DNA of 63,993 nucleotides, the filler included, from Asterionella formosa (taxonomy: Eukaryota), in assembly GCA_002256025.1 (NCBI GenBank). It is 6 parts of 6 records of this genome, joined end to end, with 100 filler letters (N's around TTAATTAATTAA, not from the genome) between each part and the next. Parts side by side here need not be neighbours in the genome. Positions count along the whole stretch, not along the records: positions 10,727 to 21,344 come from NKIB01009303.1; positions 21,445 to 32,044 come from NKIB01009314.1; 4 more parts are not named here. One strand, written 5' to 3'. Below, piece by piece: positions 11,464 to 22,808 of this stretch (its first letter is position 1; every line of letters starts with the position of its first letter). The notes beneath the pieces were generated by a model. It saw only the letters and a list, made by a program, of their open reading frames with translations, was not told the DNA's origin and ran no database searches. Position numbers and translations under genes: made by a program.

Positions 11464-11842
11464 TGTTGAAAGGTCTCGTACTCCTTCCCGTCTGACGGGT
11501 TCCTCTTACGTAGAACTTACCTGCTATACCACTAGTATTGTTATCTTCTTTCTGCTGCTAGCCTTCGTGCTAGTTTTCGCTATTGACCTTACTCTGTCAA
11601 TTCTCACTGTTTCTTAATTATAAGATTAAACTAAAACTAAGTTTCAATCCCATTCATCACACTTCGAGAACCTGTTCTTCGTGTTCCCTTTTCGTTGATG
11701 TAAACCTTCTTCTGATTGATCTAAGACATCAATCTCGTTAGCAAGCTTCTTGACATGGGAACGCACCATTTGACTCATTGGACTATAGTCGAGTCCACAG
11801 TCCTTGTGACTCATTATAGCCATTGATGCTATATTCTTGACA
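11464..11842 (-). repeat. 5' LTR (379 bp), TGTCAAGAATAT...TTTCAACA
   Basis: TG...CA termini; similarity to 40843-41248 begins at TGTCAAGAATAT and runs through TTTCAACA. Confidence 0.8.
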
Positions 11843-12933
11843 AATATTCGCATGCTTGAAATAATTGCTACTCAATGGAGCATCTCAACCGACTTTGAAC
11901 GCCACTGATTCCATGATGAAAGATCACAGAGACCTGAGCATTTCTATTTAACACCTCATTCTACATTCACATGAGGATTGGCATGCTTGACCCACAAAAT
12001 TCAATTTTACGATCAGCTCAGCATAATCAAAGCAGTCTTGGAGCCAAGATGAAGTGACCCACATAGCTTTGTCTGGCGTTGGATCAACTGCTCATCCTGT
12101 TGTTTTTGATGACAAGCAAGCAGCTCACAAGGACCATAATGATCACCTTTACAATTTTCAACACTCTCCACATGATAGCCTCGACTCCAGCTGACCTAAT
12201 CGAAAAAGCTGACGATGAAATGGGTGGTCGCATCAATCTCAAGCTTGTTGGTCCTCCCTTCCACTATCCGAGTCTTGGTGACACGACCATCAAAACGCTG
12301 GCGCAACTGCTCCTTTCTGACCAACCGAGCGTATACAGAAGTGCAAGTGAACTTGGTGAACTCACGTATCCTCTCGTGGCGAGAACGAGACATGGAGAGA
12401 CCAGTTGTATCAATCCACGGTGTACTTTCTTCATTTTTGTTTATGACTATGCATCCAAACGAGTTCACAAATTCTTGTAATTGGTCTCCACATTGCTTCT
12501 CTTTTTGATGAACTAGCACAAAATGCACACACAAATAGCAAGTACCGGTAGTATCCATACCAGTGCCATGCATTGATAGCTGAGGTAATGAATCGTGATA
12601 CATCGAGAATTGAAAGATGATGCAAGGACAGGTCAAAGGCAAATGCATCAAGCTGAGGTTATGATGCATGTTAAAGTGAGAATGAACGATGATGCTATGA
12701 CAGATCTAAGGGAAATGCATTAAACAGGCAACTTCCGAAACAGTGTTAAGTTATCCTGTGGCACATTTGTGCAATGAAGAACATTCGTTTTTTGTGATTG
12801 CTTCTTAATCATGTGTACATTTTCCCTTCCGTCAACTGATGAGACAGGATAAATCTAGTGAATCAATCACAAGTTAAAAAGTAATATTTGCAACAAGTTT
12901 TTGAAAGAAAATTTCCTCTTTTATGTTGTGCAA

Positions 12934-13527
12934 CTACAGCAATTCATCAGCATCATCAAATTGACCATCGTCCACTTCGAGATGAGGCGGAACTTCTAGC
13001 ATATTATCTAGTCGATCAAGCATAGCTTCCCTTTCGTCCACTGTGTCCTCACCATCTTCAATTTTAGCCGGACACATGAACATCATACCCTCCTCACCGT
13101 CATCAATGTCGTCGTCGTCAATTGGGTGCATTGCCACCAGCTTGGACAGAGCTTCAAAGAAGGCTTGGCACGACGACTCCGTATCTGGTACAAGAGTTAA
13201 TTCCATCGGAGCCGCCAACTCCGCACTCATCTCTTGCAGCTGTAGATATATCGACGGTGGCCCTTGAGCTGTAGCGTGCAGAAGGATGCATTCTGAATCA
13301 ACTGCAACATCGTGTTTCTCTTCTACTTTTGCTACAAACAGGATCCTTTCTGTTGTAACAATAGCTTTTCCAGCCACAGATTCAAAGGCAACGTCATCGT
13401 CGTCCTTCCACGTAGCTTTGACTGTGTCAGAAAACAAAATTGCCTCAGAAGGCGCTGCCATGTCGTTGCGAAGGTCGCTAAGCTGAGCCAAATCCCCTCT
13501 CAAAATTCGAGGATTACGATCCTCCAT
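12934..13527 (-). CDS. CLNS1A: Methylosome subunit pICln (Voldacs domain)
   Basis: GKAIVTTERILF, ILLHA, SIYLQL, ELTLVP, FFEALSKLVAMHP followed by acidic stretch, C-terminal GQFDDADE. Confidence 0.8.
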   Translation of the reverse strand: MEDRNPRILRGDLAQLSDLRNDMAAPSEAILFSDTVKATWKDDDDVAFESVAGKAIVTTERILFVAKVEEKHDVAVDSECILLHATAQGPPSIYLQLQEMSAELAAPMELTLVPDTESSCQAFFEALSKLVAMHPIDDDDIDDGEEGMMFMCPAKIEDGEDTVDEREAMLDRLDNMLEVPPHLEVDDGQFDDADELL

Positions 13528-13984
13528 GACAGTGGCTTACTAAGTATTTTGTAGTGCCTTTTTTAACGCTTTCGACTACAGTTCCCACAAAATCGCAAGA
13601 TGTGGGCAGGGACTCATGTGTTGTTTAGCTCATCACGCTGCATCATGCCGGGTAAATCACCATCAACCGCATGTTTCATTCGATGCAACACGGCGTATTT
13701 GCCTTATCTATATACCGGTAGAGTACCGGTACATACAACATGACTGTTAAGAAGGTTCCTGCATTTCAACCCTAGCTCGAGGTAGGGTTCAAAACATAAA
13801 ATATTGATTCAGAATAATCAAACACTACTTTTCGCACATAAAATGAATATGTATAATGCTCAATGGAGCTTTCACCATTAGACACCATTTCCATATGCTT
13901 TGTAACATTTTCTTGGGTGTTCTCACTGGCATCATATCCACCACCATTGATCATCATTGATCATACCAGGTACTGGTACCAGTA

Positions 13985-14560
13985 GAATTCACATTACTTT
14001 GAAAGAATGGGCAGAGTGCACTCCTTATTCTTTGATGACCATTTTGGCCACAATGTTTGCATGGGCAGATTCCCTTGCTGATTATTTTTTGCTGCTGCCT
14101 CATAATTTTTAGATAAGGCCATTTCAGAACCATAAGTCTTACCTGTTATAATGTCTTGCTTTTCTTGTTTTACAGTTTCAAAACTTGCAGCATGTATTTT
14201 TTGTTTCATTTCTTTCCTTGTCATTTCGATTTGTATCCTGCATTGTCTTTCTTCACATTTCCTTTTTCCTCCAGAATGAATCTTGGTGTATTAACATTGT
14301 TTCAATTGTGTTTTTTGTCACATCTTGTGTGTTTTACCCAGCAAACAATGTCACTCCATGTTAAAGGCCATATCATTTTGATTTTTCCACCACTGGAAAT
14401 CTCATACTTCATCTGCCCCATGCATGCACATCAAGTGCCTGGTTGCCACTGTAGCTGTCAAGTGGAACAGATTTTCGAGGAGACGACATCATCCCAGACC
14501 CTGCACAAAGTCATTTCTACTTCTCTCAATGATTCTTGAGTTTATTTGCGACGTGCATCA
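13985..14560 (-). pseudogene. Frameshifted remnant ending in a CCHC-type knuckle, probably the 3' end of a transposase
   Basis: GKTYGSEMAL..., then after a frameshift ICPCKHCGQNGHQRIRSALCPF (Cx2Cx4Hx7C); upstream frames have stops. Confidence 0.4.
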
Positions 14561-14807
14561 CACCTAGCAGGGAGAAGAAAATCCCGGTTTTGTGCATCCA
14601 TTGTTCTGCACATATTCGTCTAGCAAAAAATTATAATTATCTAGATTAAACAGCTTAAAGTTGTGCTGTTTGTTTATTCAAGGCCCTTATCTACATGCTC
14701 CACCTGTCAGGCAAGTGTATCAAACGTGAATGCAGGAGTGAGCAATGTGGGTATACAATGTCACCACAGAGAGCTGCCATCTACATGGGTGCCTGAATTA
14801 CTGGTGG

Positions 14808-16707
14808 TTAGGTAGCCAGACAAGCATCATAATTGATAGATGCTGTTGCCATTTGACTGCATGACAATGTTCCGTAATCTTTCTCCATCTGTCTCAAAGT
14901 AAAGTCAATCTGTGTGTCTAGTTTCAATTCTGAAACCTCAGCAACAATCCAATTGTAATAGGAAAGCAGGTGGTTGTCATCAATGCGGTTTGAGATAACC
15001 TCCAACTTTGTAGCAACGGCGCTCCGAGGTCGACCTACCGTGCCGCATTTACCAGTGGATAGAAGTGATGACATCTTGGAAAGGGATTCACGGTCACCCC
15101 ATGCCTCGATTTCGGCAAGCGGCATCATTAGCAGTTTCCGCGCTTCTCTACTATCAGGTTTCCTCCCGTCATTTCGGTAAGCGAAGTATTCCAAGCGCGC
15201 TACACTCCCAAGACTATACATAAGCAGTGTAGGGTACCGAAACAAGAGATTATCAAATTCCTCTGGATCTTGCACTCGCTTTCGCCAAGCAATATCCTAT
15301 TAAATTGATGGGTAATGGTTTTAGAAAACATGAATGAAGAGCAGATCAGTATATTAAACAATACACCGTACCTTAGGAACAAGTGACTTCTCCACAGCGT
15401 AAAGCAAAAGACGGGGTTCCTTGCGAGCCATTTGTATACCAACATCATCGCTACCCCGTGCCTTCCTACTGAAATAAGTCTACATTCAAGGACGATGGAT
15501 AGAATGTAAGATAAAGCACCAATTGTGATTATTCCAGCACAGAACGTCCACTTACATTGAGAAAGTGCACCTTTGGTGCTATATTGTTTGTGACATCATA
15601 GAGAAGCAACTCTGGACATCGACGAAGAACACATTCCAATTGACGATTTGTCTCTGGATCAACATCGATTCCAAAGAGCACCACTTTAAGCTCCTGGGAG
15701 CGACGCGTTAGAGTACCTTTTATGTCGCTGACTAGCAGCGTTGGCACTCTGTTTGCAATTGCAATAGTACTTGACTTGACATGCTGTACCTCGTTTCCGA
15801 CAAAAGCATCATTAACATCATGGAGAGAAAGTAAAACATCCAATTCGATCATCTTTCTTGCCAATGTCAATGATTGATATGTCAAGATAGAAGGACATCG
15901 TTTCACAACAGATGCCAATTTTTGTGGAGTGCATTGTAGTAGCAGTGAAAGTTCGATGCATCGCGTTGACAACACGCCATCTGTGACGTGTGCATTGGCT
16001 AATGTTGGCGCCTTTCGTATTAAATGTTCAGCTTGTAGTTTTGAAATTTGCAAGAGCGAAGCTAGATGAGATGCACTTTTTCCTTTTAATTCATTTTCCT
16101 TTGGCCGCACGTGGAAGAAAATATAGGCTTTTGCTTGACGGTCCAATCGTGTCTCGTTCTTGCGGAATGCCACAATGTGATTGGTATCGATGAGTGTATC
16201 ACTTGCATTACCAGGTAGCTCGACAAACCACCTCATTTTTTTGTCCTTTTTGAGTGTCCTCTTCACTGCGGATACCTCGTCAATAGCAATGTGTGCGCTT
16301 ACTGCAATCGGCAAAGAAAACGAAACTCGATCCAATGTGGCGCTTGTAGCAGTACCAGACATTGTGCCTCTTCTCAGATACTCGGTTCTTCCTCCTTCTC
16401 GTTGATTGTCTACTTCTAAGCATTTGAAATTGGCCCGCCGTCTTCGACTTCTTTTTTCTTGGGTAGTTATGGTATCTTTCAATTTTGTGGGATAAGAATA
16501 CAAGGTTGGTGATTCGTCTTCCGAATCGCCATTTTTCAGGGACCAGTCGGCCGAGTGTGGTCCCATCGCCTTCCAAAGGCATGAGTGCTTCTCCCTCAAT
16601 ACATAGTGGTCACTCCTAAGAAAAAATGCTTTCGATATGCTGACCCAGCTGGTCAATGACAGGAAACTGAGTAGTAGCGAACAGATTCTGACTGTCAACA
16701 CAGTCAT
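14808..16707 (-). CDS. mTERF-like protein, probably plastid-targeted; 3 exons (16707-15556, 15479-15372, 15296-14808), ~582 aa
   Basis: Phase-0 GT-AG introns of 76 and 75 bp join the ORFs in frame; mTERF-like motifs KRCPSILTY, RRCPELLLYDVTNNIAPKVHFL, KEPRLLLY, RYPTLLMYSL; signal peptide ending SKA|FF. Confidence 0.7.
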
Positions 16708-17372
16708 AATTCTAGTTCTCGTGCGAATAGAGTTGAGTTGATCAAAAGAGCCCTTCTTGTCTGAATTACATTCCCGTTGACCAAGGCTTTATTGTGATCA
16801 ATATTAGCTCGAAAATAGCATATGTGTGCTAATCTCTATTCATCTTTCGTCGTAGTTGTTTTGTTTGAGGAACATCACTTTGCAGAAAATGTGGTGGGCT
16901 GTCAGCACAGCATCACCACACGGAGACAAAGCAAATCGAGGAATCACCATCAGTCATCATGATCATGGCTAAAATTATCATGGCTGATGGGGGTGCGGAG
17001 AAAGCAAGGACGAGAAACGGTGACGACATCGTGACCACACACGAAAATAAGCAACAATTCTGCAACAATGACGTCCTGACCAAGACCAAGCATCATACTG
17101 TACCTGGTGTACCTGATACCAGGTACATGGTAGACACGGGTATTTCTTATGTATGTCCAACACGTCATCACCGACGAAGATCTCGTCAGTGCCTGCTGGT
17201 ACTCCTCCTACTACCAGGCTAGCATGCCAGGTACTAGCAGGTACAAGGTACCAGGTAAACTGTCCATCGTTTTCTTCGTCACAGCCACTTCAAACGAACC
17301 CTTTCAGAGGGTTTTGTCAAGCAAATATATATTACATGCATACAAAATTTTATTCCTTCCTTTCGCGACAAT

Positions 17373-19729
17373 ATGAAAATCAATCCAATTGCCACTTCTA
17401 GCTTTTTGTTAATGGCAACAACGTCTTCTTGCGCCAGAGCCTTTTCCTCCTTGTTGTCTAGAAGCTTGACTCGTCGCGCAGGGCACTTGACCATGTCGAC
17501 GCTCGCCGAGAACCCACTGCTCCAGCAGGAAGCACTCCCAAAGTTTGCTTCCATCGAGCCTGCTGACCTAACCCCTGCCGTCACCGAACTTCTGACGAAG
17601 ATGGAACAACAATTTTCGGATCTGGAGTCCGTGTTGGGGTCCATTGAATCACCTGATTACGAACAAGTCTTACCTCAAGTCGAGCGCATCCAATTCCCAG
17701 TTGGATACGTGTGGGGTGTTGCCGGGCACCTGAACGGAGTCAAGAACGGAGACGAACTGCGGGCAGCGTACGAAGAGAACCAGCCCAAGGTGGTCGAGAG
17801 TATGACCAAGTTTTCGCAATCGAAGCCCCTCTACAACGCGCTAGAGAGCCTTGCCGAAAAGTTGGAGGGGACTGACTTTGAAATGTCGCAGAAACGCCGT
17901 GCTGTCGACGGGTCGCTCCAGTCCATGAAGTTGGGAGGAGTTGGCTTGGAGGGAGAACAGAAAGAACAGTTCAACGCCATGAAGATGCGACTTGCCGAGT
18001 TGAGTACGACATTCAGCAACAATGTGTTGGACGCTACCAAGGCCTTCAGTCTGACTATTGATGATCCCGCTAAGCTTGAAGGTGTCCCTTCCTCTGCCAA
18101 GACAATGTGGGCAAACGCCCATGTCATGTACCTGCAGTCACAAGCAAAGGAGGGAGAGGAAATCCCTTCTATGGATCCAGAAAAGGGGCCGTATCGTATC
18201 ACTTTGGATGCGCCGTCCTACATTGCAGTCCTGTCTCATTTGCCTGACAGGGCCTTGCGCGAGCAAGTGTACCGGGCGTCTATCACACGAGCCTCAGAGT
18301 CGTCGGACAAGAACAACGTTCCTATCGTGTACGAGATTCTAAAGTTGAAGAACGGCATGGCCAAGATTCTAGGATTCAAGAATTATGCTGAACAGTCGTT
18401 GTCACGCAAGATGGCCCCATCGGTGGAAGCAGTCCGCGAGTTGAGCGACTTGATTGCCGAGAAGGCTCTGCCCGCTGCCATTCGCGAGCTGGCCGAGATA
18501 ACTGACTTGGCTCGTGAAAAGGGAGGTGTTCAATACTCGGAAGCCAATTTGGAAAAGTTGATGCCTTGGGACACCACTTTCTGGAGTGAGAGACTGAAGG
18601 AAAGCAAATTCGACATGACCGCTGAGCAGCTTCGACCTTACTTTGCTTTGCCCAACGTTCTCGATGGTATGTTTGGTCTTGTCAAACGAATCTTCAACAT
18701 TGAAGTTCGTGCTGCCGATGGTGAAGCTGAGGTCTGGAATAAGGATGTTCGTTTCTTCAATGTTTATGACGTTGACTCAAACAAGCACATTGCAAGCTTT
18801 TATTTGGATCCCTATTCACGACCAGAGAACAAGCGAGGTGGTGCCTGGATGGATGTTTGCATTGGAAAGAGTGATGCCGTTAAGCGCGAGATTCCAGTTG
18901 CTTACTTGACTTGCAACGGATCGCCTCCTGTCGGAGAAACGCCAAGTTTGATGACGTTTGCCGAAGTGAGTCAAAATATTGAATTCACGCCGCTGATAAT
19001 TCATTGTTGCCCCTATCCTTGCTGACAAATGTGCTTCCCTTTGTTTAGGTCGAAACTCTTTTCCACGAGTTTGGTCATGGACTTCAGCACATGCTGACCA
19101 CTGCTAATGTTGGAGATGTCGCTGGAATTAACGGCGTTGAATGGGATGCTGTGGAGCTTCCGTCGCAATTTATGGAGAATTGGTGTCTTGACCGTCCCAC
19201 CGTTTACGGTTTTGCTAAGCATTACGAGACTGGAGAACCTTTACCCGAAGATATGTTCCAGAAGCTATGCGACCAAAAGACTTTTAACACTGGTATGATG
19301 TCCTGTCGTCAACTTCTGTTCGGTCAACTTGACATTGAGCTCTACTCCGATTTTGACCCTGATGCTGCTCTGAAGGGAGAAGGCGAGACGATCTTTGAGG
19401 TCCAGCGTCGCATGGCTGCCAAGTACACTCCTTACTCGTTACCACTTGAAGAAGATAGATTCCTTTGTACATTTGGCCATATTTTTGCTGGAGGATATTC
19501 TGCCGGATATTATTCTTACAAGTGGGCTGAAGTGATGAGTGCTGACGCTTTTGGTGCATTTGAAGATGTTGGTCTTGATAATGAAGAGGAGGTTAAGAAA
19601 GTGGGTATGAAGTTTCGTGAAACTGTGCTGTCACTTGGAGGCGGCATACCACCAATGGAAGTGTTTGAACGATTTCGTGGACGCAAGCCCAACCCTGAAG
19701 CTCTCCTTCGACACAACGGCTTGGCATGA
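17373..19729 (+). CDS. Oligopeptidase A (peptidase M3A), organelle-targeted; 2 exons (17373-18965, 19049-19729)
   Basis: Intron GTGAG...TTTAG 18966-19048 restores [53 protein letters not shown]-terminal ARA|FSS presequence. Confidence 0.93.
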
Positions 19730-19944
19730 AGCAAGAAGTTACATATCAGATAAACCGCATTTGTGCTCTTCTTGCTACCGACAGAAGCAATACTCTACAA
19801 TTCCGGAAACTATAGGCTAGATTTGAATTAAAATCAGGGTGTATGTACATATACCTATATTAGCTAGTATTACTCCAAGAAAAAAACCGGTATACCGGTT
19901 ATTGATTTCAATACATATATTGCGGTGCACTGTCCTACTAGTTA

Positions 19945-20247
19945 AAAGTTAGTATGTTTTATAGCCCATTCGTACTCCCCTCTTTCAAGGCAGGTATTCA
20001 ATTGTGCAACCTGCCGACAAGACCTGTGCTTCCCTAGTTTTGTTAGCATAGGTGAGTCACCAACCACCTTTCGCAATAGGTGATTGGTCTTAGGCCGCAG
20101 CATTAGGGTTAACTCCGACCGCCTAGGAAGGCGGCACAAGCTGCTTGGGGGGGGGGGGGGGGGCCCCCCCNNNNNNNNNNCCCCGCGCCCCCCCCCCCCC
20201 CGCCCCCCCCCCCCCCCCGCCCCCCCCCCCCCCCCCCCCCCCCCCCG

Positions 20248-20291
<44 letters not shown>

Positions 20292-20425
20292 CCCACTATT
20301 TCTTGCACACCAGGCAAGACCGTGCGGAACGGTTAGGAGTGTGGGAGTCGACCCTTTGCGGGAATCGAACCTCATAACCTCAGATCAAAGGCAACGTGCT
20401 AAACCACTAAGCCATTCCCTCACTC
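19945..20425 (-). mobile_element. tRNA-derived SINE with 12-bp TSD (TCCTACTAGTTA at 19933-19944 and 20426-20437)
   Basis: Minus-strand head has A box TGGCTTAGTGG and B box GGTTCGATTCC; T-rich end; partial copies at 40260-40331 (head) and 50616-50822 (tail); middle obscured by poly-G/N/poly-C. Confidence 0.8.
20147..20289. other. Poly-G / N10 / poly-C tract, probable sequencing or scaffolding artefact
   Basis: Homopolymer runs flanking a 10-N gap inside the SINE. Confidence 0.8.
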
Positions 20426-21256
20426 TCCTACTAGTTAGTATATCCAAGGATCAAAAAAATTATTGTCGACTAGCATATCATGTGTGTTAGTGGTGTGAGG
20501 ATTATTTTTAGTGAAGGAAAGTTGAAACATGATATGAACAACTGCAGTGCAAATCACGATGAACCCAATCATCGCCAGACACAGAGAAAACATTTACCAA
20601 AGGTTTAATTCTATTAATGTGTGCTCTATAAATTAATTTCATACCCTATTGGTTTTACTGCTGGTAGCAGTTGGCTATCTGCTACAAATCCATAGGTTCA
20701 ACATACATATGCATTGGTCATACATATTGCCACCATACTGTGCCTGTTCACCATTGAATGACTACCAGTATACCAGAGGTATATTGTAATATGTCCCTGC
20801 TAGGCCCCTTCATGCAAGCTGTTAACCAAAGTATGATCAAAAGAGTGTTCACAAGGGTCACAACATTGACGCAGTTAATGATGACTGTGTTGGGACCAGG
20901 GAATCTTGATTCGCTAATAGATGATGATTGAATTTTACCTTTGGCTAACATAGCTGTACCTGCATACAAAGCTACATACCGATAAACCGCCAGTTAGGAG
21001 TGTAAAGCATTTATTGGAATACTGTACAACCTGGTTCCCTGGTACCACCTACCGGTATGTACCTTGGTAATTGGTAACTGCTACCTGGTACCTTGTATAT
21101 GGATTGACAGGCTACAGGTACATACATTTTGTACATACTAGTCCATATACCGGTACCTTTGGTAGCTCACTTTTTGACAGGAAGGCTGTGCACACGGTAA
21201 TGTGGGAAACATCACACACCCAGCATGATTTATTCAAGGGATCGTTCTCAATTAGC

Positions 21257-21344
21257 ATGACCAAACCGATCTTTGCCCTCATAGTTGCATCGTTGCTCTT
21301 TACATTGGCGAATAGTTCACGCGGTTCCACAGAAGGTGAAAAGC
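21257..21344 (+). CDS. 5' end of a putative secreted protein, truncated by contig end
   Basis: MTKPIFALIVASLLFTLANSSRGSTEGEK resembles a signal peptide; open into the gap. Confidence 0.4.
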
Positions 21345-21444
21345 NNNNNNNNNNNNNNNNNNNNNNNNNNNNNNNNNNNNNNNNNNNNTTAATTAATTAA
21401 NNNNNNNNNNNNNNNNNNNNNNNNNNNNNNNNNNNNNNNNNNNN
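21345..21444. other. Artificial contig linker
   Basis: N44-TTAATTAATTAA-N44. Confidence 0.97.
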
Positions 21445-21565
21445 ATGGGACCATGGATTGTTGGTTTCGAGATCAGGGAGGGTGATAAAATATATGGAAT
21501 CCAACGAATCGAGAATCAATATTCTTAGTAGTGATTAGAAACCAAGACCCAAAACATCTCGTCAT

Positions 21566-21744
21566 TTATTGACAAATGACTGGAGATGTTTACTTATTGA
21601 CAAATGACTGGACTGGAGATGTTTACTTATTGACAAATGACTGGAGATGTTACTTATTGACAAGTGAATCAGATGCTCACTTATTGTCAAAAGAATAAGT
21701 GCTGCTCACTTATTGTCAAATGAATATGCTTACTTATTGTCAAA
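21566..21744. repeat. Degenerate tandem repeat, ~7 units of 25-31 bp with core (AC)TTATTG(A/T)CAA
   Basis: TTACTTATTGACAAATGACTGGAGATG and variants in tandem. Confidence 0.8.
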
Positions 21745-21946
21745 GTAAGCAAGATCATTTTGACGGGATCAAGGAAAGTGTGAGAAGTCTTGTTCGGGAT
21801 TACATGAGTAATCAGGCAAGAACAAGACTAGATAGACTATTAACAGAAAGCTCACAATATTACAAAGTGTAAAGTGAAAATACGTTTTCAGCTTTAGAGA
21901 TCTTAAAAGTAAGATCTGTGATATTTCAACTAGACAATTTAACAAA

Positions 21947-22808
21947 AATAATGGTGTCATTTCCTTGACCAAATGTGCATCGCGTCGTGCTGGTATTGCA
22001 TGTGGTTGTTGGCTTATTTTCTTGGGTGTCTTTAGTAAGGTTGCAGGTATCATCACTTCCATCCCTGATGCCGTCCTTGGTGGCATGACCATTTTTTTGT
22101 TTGCCAACGTTCTTGTCTCGGGAATTGCTCTTGCATCTACTCTTGATCTACACAGTCGCCGTAATAAGTAAGTGCTTCGCTCTAGAAATGAATGATTATG
22201 AATCGTGCACTGACAGAACCCCTTTCAGATTCATCATGGCCCTATCTTTGGCCATCGGTGTCGGAGTGACCATGTGGCCATTTGCCTTCCAGGACATGCG
22301 TGCTTCCTACTGTAAGTAATCCATTCAAACTGGATATTCACAGATGGGCTGTTCATTTTTCAGTGTTACTACATGCAGAAACTCATCTTATCAACCTTTT
22401 CAACCTACGATGCTATAGACACTGCAAACTTTTGGCGATGTGCTGACTGTGATGATACAATGAAAGGAGTTCGAGACGGAGTGTCGATCTTCCTATCAAC
22501 AGGGTATTGTAAGTGCCTGCTTTCTGAAGTAGATCGATTGGATTCTGCACTGCAAGTTTCATATTTGCTCATTTCTAGCTTTGTTTGGGTTTTCTGTGCA
22601 TGCAGGCGTTGGAACTGTTGTGGCAATCCTATTGAACCTCATTCTCCCTTCTGATGCTGAGGTGCTCACTATTGGTGATCCGAAAATGATTGATGATAGC
22701 TTGGAGGAAATAGAGGAGGCACCTGGAAAGAGAGACGAAGATGCCATGTACAAGAAGGATGATGACGAGGTAGTCGAAGGTGGTCATGAAGCAGAGTTTG
22801 CTGCTTAG
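21947..22808 (+). CDS. Nucleobase:cation symporter-2 (xanthine/uracil permease), 3' part only; exons 21947-22167, 22229-22311, 22419-22508, 22606-22808
   Basis: NNGVISLTKCASR signature region, IPDAVLGGM, SRRNK|FIMALSLAIGVG, AILLNLILP; three GT-AG introns keep frame; 5' half not found upstream. Confidence 0.8.

Larger units (their letters stand above)
10727..11842 (-). mobile_element. Ty1/Copia LTR retrotransposon, 5' portion (LTR + gag), cut by contig end
   Basis: LTR 11842-11464 followed by gag; homologous to the element at 40843-42739. Confidence 0.9.

Noticed and set aside
11516..11531. TGGTATAGCAGG (minus strand) as a tRNA PBS
   Set aside because: Not preceded by CA, poorly conserved in the second element, and lies inside the LTR that ends at TTTCAACA
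12079..12480. 133-aa ORF next to the Copia LTR
   Set aside because: TTG start, no recognisable motif, surrounding frames interrupted; cannot be supported as a gene
12791..12872. Hammerhead ribozyme (CTGATGA at ~12836 with flanking TTGTGATTG/CAATCACAA pairing)
   Set aside because: GAAT instead of GAAA and no convincing stem I; other CTGATGA hits also lack the core
20101..20113. Telomerase-RNA-like template TAACCCTAA in the Pol III-type SINE transcript
   Set aside because: Not conserved in the 50616 copy, and a multicopy TSD-flanked element fits a SINE better
20084..20377. Poly-Pro and poly-Gly ORFs
   Set aside because: Products of a poly-G/N/poly-C artefact inside the SINE
20356..20425. Functional tRNA-Gln gene
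   Set aside because: A and B boxes are present but acceptor and anticodon stems do not pair; TSD and dispersed partial copies point to a SINE head
21566..21744. CRISPR-like array
   Set aside because: Intervening sequences are short and related to each other, the context is eukaryotic and no cas genes are present
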